Notes under the pieces: model-generated
The model's database searches: none
What the model was told of the DNA's origin: nothing
Seen by the model: the letters and a program-made list of their open reading frames with translations, nothing else
Assembly (NCBI GenBank): GCA_030141605.1
Contig: JAQGDQ010000397.1
Span: 62,001 to 126,000, forward strand
Direction: 5' to 3'
Length of the DNA stretch: 64,000 nucleotides
Source of the DNA: Tubiluchus corallicola
Lineage: Eukaryota; Animalia; Priapulida
Shown here: positions 1 through 11,509 of the stretch, in pieces
How positions within the stretch are numbered: the stretch's first letter is position 1
Layout: every line of letters begins with the position of its first letter
Program-made: the position numbers and the translations under genes

Positions 1-625
1 ATTCCGCTCCTAGGAAAGAAGAGCAAACACAGACGAGGTTAATAGTAATGTACGACGTTCCTCTAAATTTACACGAACTTTCCTCCAAAGAAGTGAAGAA
101 AAATAGCCACTTCTGATCATTGCATTTGATTATTGATTAAAAACTACATTCTTTTGAATGTAATTAATTCTCGATCACTAATTTAGCGATACGCAATGCA
201 TTGATGCTTTTACATTCAGCTCTGTTGAGGAAAATCTATTTCTTTGTTTTTGTTATTTCCATCGTAAATCGTGTTTATAATAGTATAGCAGCTTGGAAAA
301 TTATGATCACAACTAAAATTAAGTTTCAGTTTTTGCCTTTTAAAGCTGTTTAAAGAATTTGTTCAGCAAGCATGTGGGTAAAAACCAGCCTCTTTTGCTA
401 TGATAATAAAGGAGAGACTGTGTAATAATAACAGCTGAGGTGAGGAATTTTAAGCGCTCTACCACTTGAGCAAACTTGACTCGACATGAAAGAGTAATTT
501 TCTAAAGTGAATTGTTTGAAGAAGACAAAAATATCCCTGTAATATCAAACTGAGCCACCAAAGCTGGTATTATTAAAACTCAATGAAAATAGATCATTTT
601 TGTCTGCTCTGCGCTAAGAATACTC
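1..625 (+). repeat. Mosaic repeat module A; inverted copy at ~40640-41250
   Basis: gaagagcaaacacagacgaggttaatagtaatgtacgac is the reverse complement of 41180-41220, and colinearity continues to ~40640. Confidence 0.85.
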
Positions 626-1479
626 CAGATTTTGTGTTGAATTTTATTGCTTACTTTGAATTTGACATCGTCTTTTACTATCTGGAGAACATCGCCACAG
701 TTTCAGGTCTCTTTGATGAGATGTTTTAAATTTGTAAAAATAAATTTTAAGAAATTGTTGCATACACTTGTGTAAAAATCAATGATAGGATTATCACAAC
801 TATTTGTAAAATTGATCAGATAACTCCAGTTCTCATGCCAAATTTTTGCCTATATCTTTTCCTAATAGTTGAAATAATGGATAATCGGCGAAATAATTCA
901 CAATTCACGAAATAACTGTTGATAATATGAGCCTTCCTATTCTAAGTCTAACTGGGGCCCTTAATGCTTGCTGTCCCGGGGCCTTTTTTGCAAACATTTT
1001 CATAGTGACATTGGCAGTTTCTCTGTAATATAGGCGAGCCTTTTAGCGTGAGCATTAAATAAAAATACAGGTGTTAAATTTACCCATAAAAACTAGCATA
1101 TCTTTGCTTAGCATAAACCTTTGCAGTTATTTTCAATGCTTTTATAAACGCTCGAAAATCGTCCTATATGTCAGGAATTTTCCGTTCAGTATTCCAGACT
1201 GCAAGTAGCAGTATTAAAGAAATTTGACTACAAGCCATCATTACTATTATAAGAAATCATAAGCAATAAATTAGCGTTTTTGATAAATATAAAAATATCA
1301 AATCTCTGGCAAAGGAGAATTAGAAAATGTCAGAAGTTGCAGATGTGTTAATACCGTTTAGAACAATTTAGCTAAAATGACCTTCTCATGGGAATGTTTA
1401 AAGTAGCTATAATTTTCAATATTTTGCATGGGAAACGTAGTCCTACTCCAAATTATTGGTGATTATTATGTGCCTTTCC

Positions 1480-1721
1480 TAACTGCAGCAAAGTATTTAC
1501 CTTAACTACCTGGGAGTTCCAGGTTGGCAGCTTAACTAAACAAAAAAGCTTCTACATTCTATAGAAATTCTTGTCTGTATTTGCTTTCCATCTCTTCTTA
1601 ACACTTTCACGGGGAGTTTCAGGTTATCAGCTTAATTAAACAAAAAAGCTTCTTCCGTCTATTGATAATATTGTCTGTCTTTTAACTCATTCTTTCCAGT
1701 ATTTAAACAGGGCGCAACTAG
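1480..1721 (+). repeat. Internally duplicated module ending in ...gggcgcaaCTAG; inverted copy at ~44959-45285
   Basis: Two tandem ~110-nt units (ttaact..gggagtt.caggtt..cagctta.ctaaacaaaaaagcttct). Similarity to the 45 kb copy stops at CTAG. Confidence 0.75.
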
Positions 1722-1779
1722 TTTACTTAAGATTTCTCAAATATGTGAAAACATTTTCCTGAGTTTAAAACAAAGAAGT

Positions 1780-2641
1780 AAAACTATTTATAAGGCATAA
1801 TAGAATTTAGTGCTTTTTCAATAAGATTAGTCACCCACTTATAATATTTTAAGACTATAATTTTTGTCCAAATGTTCACTGTTTAGTAGTGTTCATTATC
1901 CATTATCCATTTTCAAGAATAGGTGTTTTAGCTGTGTTCTCACTATCCAGCAAAATCTAGTTAACATAAGGGATGAGTTTTTTGCCAGTCACCAAACAAT
2001 TTAGCTGCTAGGACCTGTAGTGCATAAATTTTATCACTAGCTACTCTTCATGTCACTTCTCCACTTATTCCTTTATTTCCAATAAGTTACAGAAGATCAA
2101 AAACTGTCTGAGTGCACTAGGAATAAAGCTTTGTTAACAAAGCAAGGGTGTGTTCCATGATGCGTGTGATGCCATTTGCCTAGTGTGTGTATATGGGGTG
2201 GAGTAGTGTATTGTGGGTGTTTTGGTGTGAGTGGAGTGCTGTGATGTGGTGGACTTGATGTGGGTGGTGTGGTTTGTCATTGTTTTTTTTGCGTTCAAAT
2301 GTTTGCCTGTTGTTTCTGGATTCATTATATATAATGCATAAAGACCTCTCATCGAATTGTATCATTAATTTTTTATTTATCCAATCGGGCACAACAGGGA
2401 AAAGCCTTTTTTCCCCTTTTTTGCAAAATTTGTACCTCTCATTTCTAGAGATTGGAAATGGCCATAGCGCAGTGCTGGTAAAGGTTTGATAGGCATATAT
2501 TAAGTTCGCAGGCAACCATTAGTGGGCGTTTTCACGGGCACAACTCCAGATTTTTAAGTATTTTTTTTAAAATTTGTCTCAGGTTTTTAAGATAACATCG
2601 TGTATGCAAGTACAAGACATTAAAAGATTAAGCAAAATCAG
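1780..2641 (+). repeat. Segment duplicated directly at ~58650-59390 (the second copy lacks ~2010-2230)
   Basis: Shared text such as gtggacttgatgtgggtggtgtggtttgtcattg, ttctagagattggaaatggcca and ggtttttaagataa...gcaaaatcag. Confidence 0.85.
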
Positions 2642-3421
2642 AACTAGCTACGTTGATATGACCAATGCAAGCTCAGTACATTGTATAATACTAATGTATA
2701 AGCTGGGAAAGATGCTTAGTGAATAAGACTTCTCATTTACTTCTGGGTGGTGAGTTTGTGATGATTGTACAAGCAGTTATATTACTAACAAAATGTTGTT
2801 TATTGTGAGTAAATCTTTCCAAATATGTGAAAAAACAACTGTTTGCTAACGATTTTCCTGGATGCCGTCTGGATACTGTTGCTAGTACAATTCCCTTTCG
2901 TCCACCCGTCTGCTTTGTGAAAATAGTTTTTTTCAAAACAAGCCACTAATTAGCGATTAATGAACAACTTTATTGATGCATAAATAATTGGTTTCTTCGT
3001 TTGCAGGGCAACTGACGCCTGGCTAGTGTGCCAATGAAGCTTTTGCATTTCGTAAATGGAGTCAGTTTAATGGACGAAATGATCAGAATAATAATAACGG
3101 AAAATAGCGAACTTTGTTCAAATGTTTGGTGCTTCCTTGTTTTGTTTCGCCATCTAGTAGCCAAAATCGAAAGATTGTATATAGCCAATGTAAAGCAGAC
3201 TGTGTAAGAGAGAAAATATAAATATTTAATTTGTTCCTATTTGCTCACATTACTTAACCATTTTAAGTTCAATTTTTATTCAAGCTTACTTTTCTTGTCA
3301 TACTCTATTTGATTTGTGGTTCCATCTAACGGATGAAAATGATTACTTTTGAGCAAACTCGATATTTTGATTACTGAAAACGTAAATATTTTATGTGTTT
3401 GTTTGTCTGTCTGTCCTGTAG

Positions 3422-3598
3422 ATTGCTAAGATCCTCGGTCAAGATGTCAAGTTGATAATCCCTCAGTTTCTGGCTTTGTTGAAGGACAAATACATCGACG
3501 TCATGGAAGGAATAATCCCTAATCTTTCCCAAACATTGGAATGCTCCTCGATGTCGTTAAGCAATGGCCTGTCAGGCGTGATTTCCACGGAAACCTTG
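3422..3598 (+). pseudogene. PPP4R4: PPP4R4-like HEAT-repeat exon (open frame)
   Basis: ctgtcctgtag| ... |gtatgt, 177 nt, phase 0/0. IAKILGQDVKLIIPQFLALLKDKYIDVMEGIIPNLSQTLE resembles the PPP4R4 segment recalled as SKLLNSGVYLIHKELITLLQDESLEVLDALIDHLPEILE. Confidence 0.75.
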
Positions 3599-3827
3599 GT
3601 ATGTTTGCACATGGAGCATCGCATTTTCATCTGGCAATGTACCAAGGATAGTTTTATGCATGCATTACTTCACTTTTGTTACAAAATTCTTAAAATAACT
3701 TATAGAATTTTTGTGGAAGGATTTCTAAAATTCTCGTACGGTCTTCTGTTGTTAGGGCGTAAAAAATTTCCTTATGGTTGCGAGTGACTACAGATATGAA
3801 ATAGTAAGCATTTTCTATTCACTTTAG

Positions 3828-3960
3828 ATAGCGATGATAATGTGCATCTAGTTTATTATTTAAAGGAAAAGACAAGCGTTCTGGGAAGTTGGGCTTTCGT
3901 TGCAAAAAATGTTAGAAGGATTTAGTAATAAAAATATGCAAGTGCCTCATGTAATCTGTA
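3828..3960 (+). pseudogene. PPP4R4: Probable frameshifted PPP4R4-like exon remnant
   Basis: After a cactttag acceptor, pieces in different frames read EKTSVLGSW and LQKMLEGFS...VPHVI. They sit at the position expected for PPP4R4 KWRTHEKLLQKYACLPHVI. Needs frameshifts and contains stops. Confidence 0.35.
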
Positions 3961-4253
3961 AAATTGCTTGACAATTTCACGCTTTGTAAACCCAATCTTC
4001 AACCAATGATGTCGTTCATCGACTGAAGAAAAGCAACGTGCTGACAACTTTTCTCAATAGTATAATTCTGATTTTGTGATATTTTTTGCACGAAAACAAG
4101 ACAAACTGCAAAAGTTTGAATTAATTTAAGGAGTTCTCAATTACAGGAAAGCTTTAGCACTTACTGTTCAGTATAAATCTGTTATCTCTTCAATACTGTC
4201 AATAATAAGCTTGCTATTTAAAGAGAAGGACAATACTGATCACAGTTTTTAGG

Positions 4254-4259
4254 TTTATT
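4254..4259 (-). promoter_or_regulatory. Candidate polyadenylation signal of the sulfotransferase gene
   Basis: AATAAA on the - strand about 50 nt downstream of the TAA stop. Confidence 0.4.
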
Positions 4260-4306
4260 AGACAAAAGGACTAGACGTCACGAGTTACAATGGTTCAGAG
4301 ACATTC

Positions 4307-5220
4307 TTACGTGCTTTGATTCACATACTCATATATAGAACTAAATTTATAGTCAAACATTTCGAAATCGACCATAAACGTCCGATAAACATTCCGGATC
4401 AACTCTAGCGGCACGTTTGCGTAAAACTTTCCCATTACGTCCACCGACTTTTTCTTCTGGTATCGAGTGTTCCGTTTGGGCAGCTGAATTCTGTCACCAA
4501 AACCCAGCGCTCTGAGAATGGCGTTGGTTTCTTCTTCAAGATTTTCAAAGACACCCACGTAGTCATAATCCACTACGCACGGATTGCACAGATCCACATA
4601 ACGGGCCCAGTGGTTGTTCCTGTGTGAAAGGTCTGTCTCCGTGGCAAATGTCAAGAACTGTTCAAAGTTTGCGTACTCTGATGTTCTATTGGATAAGTGC
4701 TTGTACATCTTTGCTATCTGGATGGATTCGGCTTTGTCTGGACCGTTCTGAGAGTGTTTCATCAGTTTGTCCCTGTAAGCTGACAGCAGTCTCTCGAATG
4801 GGTTCCTGACGAAGAAGACTTTGGTGAAAGACTTGAGAAAGCTCCTCTGTGCTGTAGCATTGTAATGATCAAGTCTTTTGAACTTTCCATCAGAAATTTG
4901 CAGCAGCTGAGAGATGAGCAGTTTGTTTACCAGGAATTCTGGTTTGTATTCTTGCTGAGTCTCGTTTGTGTCTATCAGTATTAAACTTGCCAAGATCTTC
5001 TTCCAGGTTGTGGATGCGGTTTTGGGGACAGAACAGAATAGTATCCTGTGCGTCTCGTCCACGCTTATGTGGTTTATCCACTTGTCAGATTGTGGATCAA
5101 ATGTGGAGTTAGTCTTCCAGTTCCAGCGGTTGCAGTATGCTTGTATTTGTTCTCTTCGATATTGGAAGATGTCTACCTTGGTGTTTTTGAGCTCACTGTT
5201 CTTTTCGCTTTGATTCAAAT
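4307..5220 (-). CDS. Carbohydrate sulfotransferase (CHST8-14/HNK-1ST family, CHST11-like, Sulfotransfer_2) catalytic exon 2
   Basis: Uninterrupted ORF with 5'-PSB motif CSVPKTASTTWKK, 3'-PB motif FVRNPFERLLSAYRDK, HWARYVDLCNPCVVDYDYVG and C-terminal DFEMFDY. Acceptor ttttgttatttcag| at 5222-5221; upstream in-frame stops exclude a longer exon. Spliced CDS is 190+914=1104 nt (367 aa). Confidence 0.93.
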
Positions 5221-5326
5221 CTGAAATAACAAAATCAACTTTCAATCTCGACTAAGAATGTTGTCAAATTGTTTTATTTGTGCATTTCTTTTGTACATTT
5301 TTTCTCGACTCCTTGAATGGAAGAAG

Positions 5327-5391
5327 GAGAGAGAGAGAGAGAAATAAAGAGAGAGAGACAGAGATAGAGAGAGAGAGAAAGAGAGAGAGAG
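5327..5391. repeat. (GA)n microsatellite in the sulfotransferase intron
   Basis: Imperfect GA run, directly visible. Confidence 0.9.
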
Positions 5392-6419
5392 GGGGAGGGA
5401 GGTAGTGAGGGAGTGAGGGATGGAGGAAGACAAAGAGACCATACCAACTTTCACACCAAGTTTTGATGGCATGCTAAATTCATTACTATTTGAACAATTC
5501 TGTTATATAATAAATTGAGTAAATTGTTCTGTACTGTTTCTTGTTGCATTTGTACTCCCGTCGCAAAAGGTTACGTACCGTCTTGTAGATCATTTACTCA
5601 CATCGGTTTAATTTTTGCAAATTGAAAAATGCAATTGCAAATCTTCGCCTATCTGGTATTCCTATGTAATAAGAGAAACTATTGTTGTGGCATGTAGTTT
5701 ACTGAGCTATAACCATTACGTTAACATTAGTCAAAAACATTAAAGCAGTTGCGCAAAACTTCAACTAACTAGGAATGAATACGCGTAGTTTTTCAATTCT
5801 AGGCAGTTACTTCGAAAATCTTTAAATTAACCGTCATCAATGATAATTACAGTTTATTTGCCTTCAAAGTAAATAATAGAAGTTTAGCAAATACTGATAA
5901 CTCAAACCAAATTAAGCATAATGCGTTATGAAAAGTTAACGAAGTTCTAAACTATCACCTTGTTTGTTGCAAGTTAGTTTTAAACTAATTTAACCTCCAA
6001 ACTGAGATAATTGTTGCAAAATTATAGCAAAGCTCATTTGGGGTGATCAGAATAGCTCATAGGTCAGTTTGCATGCTTAGCAGGCAAAGTTAAGCTGCAC
6101 TGAATTTGGTTTTCAAATAGATAATTGACCACCAAAAAGACTGGGCAGTTTCGTCAGACACACTACCCCGGGCAGTTTACATAATTGAGAAAGGACACCC
6201 GCATCGACATTGCGATATTCCTCTGAATGTGGCCCAGATGCTGTTGCCCATTTATTCTCCCCATCTTAGAGGATTGTTCTTGATGATAAGACACATTCAG
6301 TCTCATGTATATGTTCGTTAAGCTTTCATTGTGTAACTTAGTGCTGGTTAACGTTTTACCTGGCAGTTTAACTGATATGCTCACAAAAAATTATAACTGA
6401 AACATCTTTCAATACTCAC

Positions 6420-6609
6420 TGAAACGAACTGACCGATCTAAGTTCACCGAATGTAAAGCTTGTTTGCTTAGTAAACCAGTTATCCGCTGAATTGTTACAA
6501 TATTCACATCACTGTAATGAGAAATCATCAGCATCATTACAATACTGGCGATCACAATTAATTGAAAGTATTCAATGGTTATGGCACATCCTTTTTCTTC
6601 CATGGTCAT
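6420..6609 (-). CDS. Carbohydrate sulfotransferase coding exon 1 (cytoplasmic tail, type II transmembrane anchor and stem)
   Basis: ATG at 6609; a second ATG at 6603 has accATGg context. Peptide MTMEEKGCAITIEYFQLIVIASIVMMLMISHY... contains one hydrophobic segment. The exon ends in phase 1 at a perfect GTGAGT donor (6419-6414), which matches the phase-1 acceptor at 5221. Confidence 0.8.
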
Positions 6610-7141
6610 CAGTCACACAAGACGACAAAATCACGTTCAGCTTTTTATCAGATTTTATCCAGAATATTCACCACCCATAAAGTTTAAACCAAATGTTTGT
6701 TCTTTTCCACTGATTTAGATTTCTGATGTGTAGAAATTTTTCTTCATTTCCTGTTGATCCAAAAGTCACCACACATAAACTTTAAACCAAATGTTTGTTT
6801 TTTCCACTGATTTAGATTTCTGCCGGTAGACTGCTTCCCTTATTTACTGCGAGAAAATTAAATTTTCATTTTAAGAGTTTGCCTAAACAAGATTTCTAAA
6901 ACCAGACATTTCTATCTTTTTCTCAAACCTTTGCTCTCAAACAATAAACATAAAACCTCTTTCTATCTCCTTGCATCAGTCTAATTCTCTGCCCCTGTTT
7001 AATTTATCATAAGTGAATGTAGAGTTTTGTGATCCAAAACTTTTTCACAAGTAAAACTATTCTGCGAATGTATCTAAGAGCGTAGAGCACAACATTGTGC
7101 ACATTTCTGATACAACACTTTCTAACAGCAAATCTTTACAG

Positions 7142-7264
7142 CCTTTCAACGGAGTATGAGCAGTGCAAGCCCCGACTGTATGCCCTTCATCAGAGAACAA
7201 CTTTTATGGTCTAACGACACTTTCACAGTCACAATGCACACATCTATTCCCAGTACAGGCACAG
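7142..7264 (+). pseudogene. PPP4R4: Possible degraded PPP4R4-like exon remnant
   Basis: ctttacag acceptor followed by fragments PTVC / FIRE / *RH in different frames, at the position expected for RTLCIFLRYN...QRH. Weak. Confidence 0.25.
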
Positions 7265-7935
7265 GTTACTTTTCCTTCTCATAAATGCACAGATAATTCC
7301 TAGGATAGTGGTAATCTCTCTCACTAAGCTGCTTTCACCACCTAGCCTTTGTGCAATTTGCAAAGAGACAGTTTGTGAATGGAGTTGCCCTTTTGTGTTG
7401 AGACAATAATTATCACTGCTAGAGGTCACTACACTCTAGTCTTATGACAAAGATTTAAGCTTGTGGCTGTATCTATTGTCATCTTTAATTGCTGAGACAC
7501 TATTTTATGCCAATTTGTTAAAACTGATTTGTGCCCTCAGGCGTGTTACTGGTTGCAATATATTCTTACAGGGACTTCATGTTGCTTAGAGTTGTTATGT
7601 TACACCGCTATGTTACATTTTTACACTGTCGAAGCTTATTAAATAACTTCAATTATACAGGTGTAACACCTCTGTGTTGCATTTTTACACTGACAAAGCT
7701 TATTTAATAAATTAAATTTGAAAAAAGAAAGCTGCTGTTTTGGCTTGTTTTTTAGCAAAAAATATCAATGAAGTTTTCCTTCTATAAAATTTAAACCTGT
7801 TCACTTCCCTGCTTTGTAAGTAGTACTGTTATGTGTCATTTTGGATTGTTTTGCTTTCTTACGTACAGGACAAACAAAACAGGTCTCAGCACTGTGCCTT
7901 GCAGAGCGGCTTAACTAACAAATGATTGTTTCTAG

Positions 7936-8083
7936 ACTTTTGTCACCACGGGAGCTTTCACAAACGTATGCTGTTCATTGACTTCTGTGGCATTGTGATG
8001 GAAATGTTCTCACGTGGATACTTCAAGCAGAATTTTCTTACCTATCTGTCGGAACTGCACCAAGATGTAGTGCCCAATTTCAG
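7936..8083 (+). pseudogene. PPP4R4: PPP4R4-like exon with mutated donor site
   Basis: ttgtttctag| then FCHHGSFHKRMLFIDFCGIVMEMFSRGYFKQNFLTYLSELHQDVVPNFR, compared with PPP4R4 LGQGKSYWNRLRFLDTCEFIIEIFSKSFFCKYFFLPAIELTHDPVANVR. Ends in phase 2, but the donor reads ATAATT instead of GTAATT. Confidence 0.8.
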
Positions 8084-8524
8084 ATAATTAGCATAATCAA
8101 CTGTAATTAACCTGTAATCAACTTTAGCACTGGGTTCAATAGTGATGCCTCTGGGAAAGGCTTATGATGCATATTGTATCCTAGAACACCTTAACATTTA
8201 AAAGTAAACATCTAGGCCATTGTAAACTTAGTTTAAATATTTTCTATACTATGCTTAAAAGTTGGTAATTCTAATTTTATTTTGCTATGTAATAAATATG
8301 CTGAGTCCATCTGTTGGTCATATGCATGTATGCTGAGGCCATCTATTGGTCAGTACTTACTTTGTTCTTCACTTTGTTTCTGGTTTAATTCATTCAGTTC
8401 TGTTGAACAAATGGTGAATAGATAATTTTTTACCTTATTTGAACGTTACATTTAATTATACCACACATGGTAAGGTATTGAAAATTGCAAGATTACGACA
8501 ACGTGCAATTCTTGTTTACCATAG

Positions 8525-8669
8525 ATTAAGTGTGCGCAATACTATACCAAAGTTGAAATCGATTATGTACTTGCCCGGGGACCGGGGTTTTCTGCAGATG
8601 TTGGAATCATGAGTGCATGCACTGATGATACATGAAACTGATCGCGACGTTACTGACGCGGTGAGAAAT
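8525..8669 (+). pseudogene. PPP4R4: PPP4R4-like exon with in-frame stop
   Basis: Phase-2 acceptor (ttaccatag|). RLSVRNTIPKLKSIMYLPGDRGFLQMLES*VHALMIHETDRDVTDAVRN compared with RMKLCYLLPKVKSTLKIPADKHLLQQLEMCVRKLLCQEKDKDVLAIVKR. TGA at 8610-8612; donor at 8661 or 8670. Confidence 0.8.
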
Positions 8670-11293
8670 GTTGGTCAATTACTTTTGCTTTTGTTGTGAA
8701 TAAATTTATAAATCGGTATTTTGGAAGATAATTAATGGAGTTATCAGCTGAATTAGATTCAGTTGATAAATCTCATGCCTCCCTGATTTCATAAGATAAA
8801 TTTACACGGTTGACAGAGAAACTCACCGAGCTGACAGTACGAATTTAATGCGACACGAATTATCACACGTGTTATAGAAATACAGGTGTCTTGTCTAAGG
8901 AAGACACTATTGTCTCAAATGGATACATGCAGAGTTAGAAAAGCGATCAATCACCTCATAGCGAACGGGAAGCGAATCTATATATAAAATCTATTAAATC
9001 GATAAAATCTATACGATTAATTCATGATCACTCGATACGGCTAGATAAGCTATACGATCAATCTATCCAGAAAAAAAGGTTCGTGATACTTTCCCCGAAT
9101 TTTGTTATTGTAAATTATTCATTGTATTTATTTTTGTCTTTTAAAATAATATCAGTAGTTTGAACGTGTCAGTGGGAGCCAGTTTACAATGTTTATGAAA
9201 AGTTCAGACTTATTAGTTTAGACCGTTGGTCCTGAAAGTTTTCGTTTCCACTTAATACAAAAAAGCCTAACTGTGCACTTTTGATAACTAAATAGAAAGT
9301 AAAATTATCTTATGAACGTTTTCTGTTCCATTTAATACAAAAAAAGCCTAAGTGTGCACTATTGATGACCAAACAGAAAGAAACGTTATCTTATGAGTTA
9401 CCGATCTTTAATTACTCTCTGATAATTAAGTGACACAAAACTACGAATGATAAATGATACTAACTATTCAGTAATTGTTTAACAAATATTTGTTCGAAAA
9501 TTACGCATTTTTGACTGTCTTGTTGATATTCACGATTTGCTAAGAATCTTTCTGAAAGGTACTATAAGGACTCCTCACGCTGACAGTTTATTCATCTTCA
9601 GTTTCTGTTGCCTCCCCAGGACACATTCCTAGATTCGGAACAGTGGCTCATAAATCCAGTTTTTCTTTGCACTGCCTATCTATGGAATTATTTAAGTTAA
9701 AGCTGTTTTACTTTTAATTACCATCTCATTTTCTCATTGTAATATTAACAAATTTTGTTATTTCGAAAGCCATTTTCATATTTCCGCATCTGTGCTCTTA
9801 CCATATTGCAACTGGCTTTGTTTGGATGCAATTTCTATAAACTTTTATCAAGTATAAACACACATTTCGAACATGTAAGCAACTATAAACACGTAAAAAG
9901 TATATATTAGTCTTTAATAGTAATAATATCTTTATTACAATCAAGTACAATTACAGACTGTTGTGTTTTTAGGCTATAATTGAATTGGATCAGATAGCAG
10001 TTCCAAGTAAGGAACTTTCATGCAAAATTATATGTGGAATGTACCTTCTTACAGTAGACAAAAAATGTTTTTAAAGTTTTTTTAAGAATAAAATTAAAAA
10101 AGCTTTCAATAACTGCAGTATTTGCACTTAGTGAAAGATAGTCAGAATGCCAAATATATCAAACAATCAAGTGATTAATTATACAACAAATGTAGATAGT
10201 ATTATTGCAAAAATCAATACAACAAAGTATTAAATTGTTGCAATCATAGTATCGTTAAACATAAAAATAAACGCTATTATCATTAAGAAACTTAAGAAAA
10301 TCACTTCCACTGGAAATCATTACATTCACTGGGTTAAACGAATCATTTACTTAAGACATTATAATCATTATAATCATGTTATGTGTATTACAATGGAAAA
10401 AAATATAGTGGGGCATATCTAAACTTGTGTACACAGGGGCGGCGCCACTATTATGGTATCATCGCACAGTATAGTACATGTGTTTCTTCAAGCACCATGA
10501 GCGAAAACATTCCAGATAAGACATTGTGCCACACCAAATATATAGAGAATGACTAAGTTTTAGTTTCACAAGATAGTGTTCGATTTTTACATTGGTTTTC
10601 ATAATCAAAAAATTTTGGTGCACACCCCTGTCGCTTCTGGGTTTGCTGAATTACTTTATTCTTTTTCACTAACATGCTCTAACCTACAGCCAAATCTACT
10701 CTTTTCTCTCTTTACACTTTCAAAGTATCGAAAATCTAATTTTTTTCACTAATAATTTATGAAAACATTTTATTTTGCTAATAATGTATTAGTATTAATA
10801 ATTCTGATAATTTTATTAATAATATATAAATATTAACATTTTACAAAAAAAAATTAAAAAATTAAAAAAAATTAAAATTAGAAAAAAATTAAAAATTAAA
10901 AATAATGGAAAATTTTAAAAAAGGTATAAAAAGTCTAGAAATAAAAAAAATTATATAAAAAATTCATTACAAAAACAAAACCTTACAAACAGAACCACAA
11001 AACACATATTTCAACAATATGGACTTTACAGTACTCAATTACACTTCAGACAAAGAATAAAATGGCGCATTGCCAATAACATAGAACAAAACATATACAT
11101 AACATGATTTAAGCAATTCCAGGTTACACAAACACAGATGCCATTACATGAAAAACACAACTCTTACAATAATACTCATACAATAATCACCGTACAGCAA
11201 CATGCACTCATTTACAGACATACTATAGCAGAAGCATGCTCACAGGCATTTACATATGGTTATATATAGAGGGCTAACACGTTTTTATAATAA

Positions 11294-11509
11294 TTATTTC
11301 CAACCAATAATGTTAACTAACATTGGATAAGAAAGACTTCTATAAACAGACATTATTAAATTTAAAGCCTTTGTAGTTATTGAAGTAATATAAAAATAAA
11401 AGTATTTTGTTAATTTTTTAGCCAAAAGAATCAAATTAATAAGTTTAGAATTGTTTGGCAGAGATCTGCATCCTATATGTTCTACTTTTATTATAGAAAT
11501 CAATTGCAT
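11294..11509 (-). mobile_element. L1/Tx1-like LINE ORF2 C-terminal fragment at the edge of module B (copies ~22340-22470, ~60600-60710)
   Basis: Peptide EHIGCRSLPNNSKLINLILLAKK..Y resembles the I..G....LINLIILLAK.YIY tail of Tx1/L1 ORF2 proteins. Confidence 0.45.

Noticed and set aside
2780-3200. Additional upstream PPP4R4-like exon remnants (CR..YC..YN and LLHFVNGVSLMDEM)
   Set aside because: The position fits, but similarity is too weak to call without an alignment.
5221-5245. ORF-track start MKVDFVIS for the sulfotransferase
   Set aside because: It is a TTG inside the intron's polypyrimidine tract; the true N-terminus with the TM anchor is the exon at 6420-6609.
8610-8612. TGA aligned to a Cys of PPP4R4, suggesting selenocysteine or readthrough
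   Set aside because: TGY>TGA is a single substitution, neighbouring exons have independent lesions, PPP4R4 is not a known selenoprotein, and no SECIS was identified.
10434-10630. hAT-like MITE bounded by CAGGGG...CCCCTG
   Set aside because: Only about 6 bp of inverted match and no 8-bp target-site duplication.
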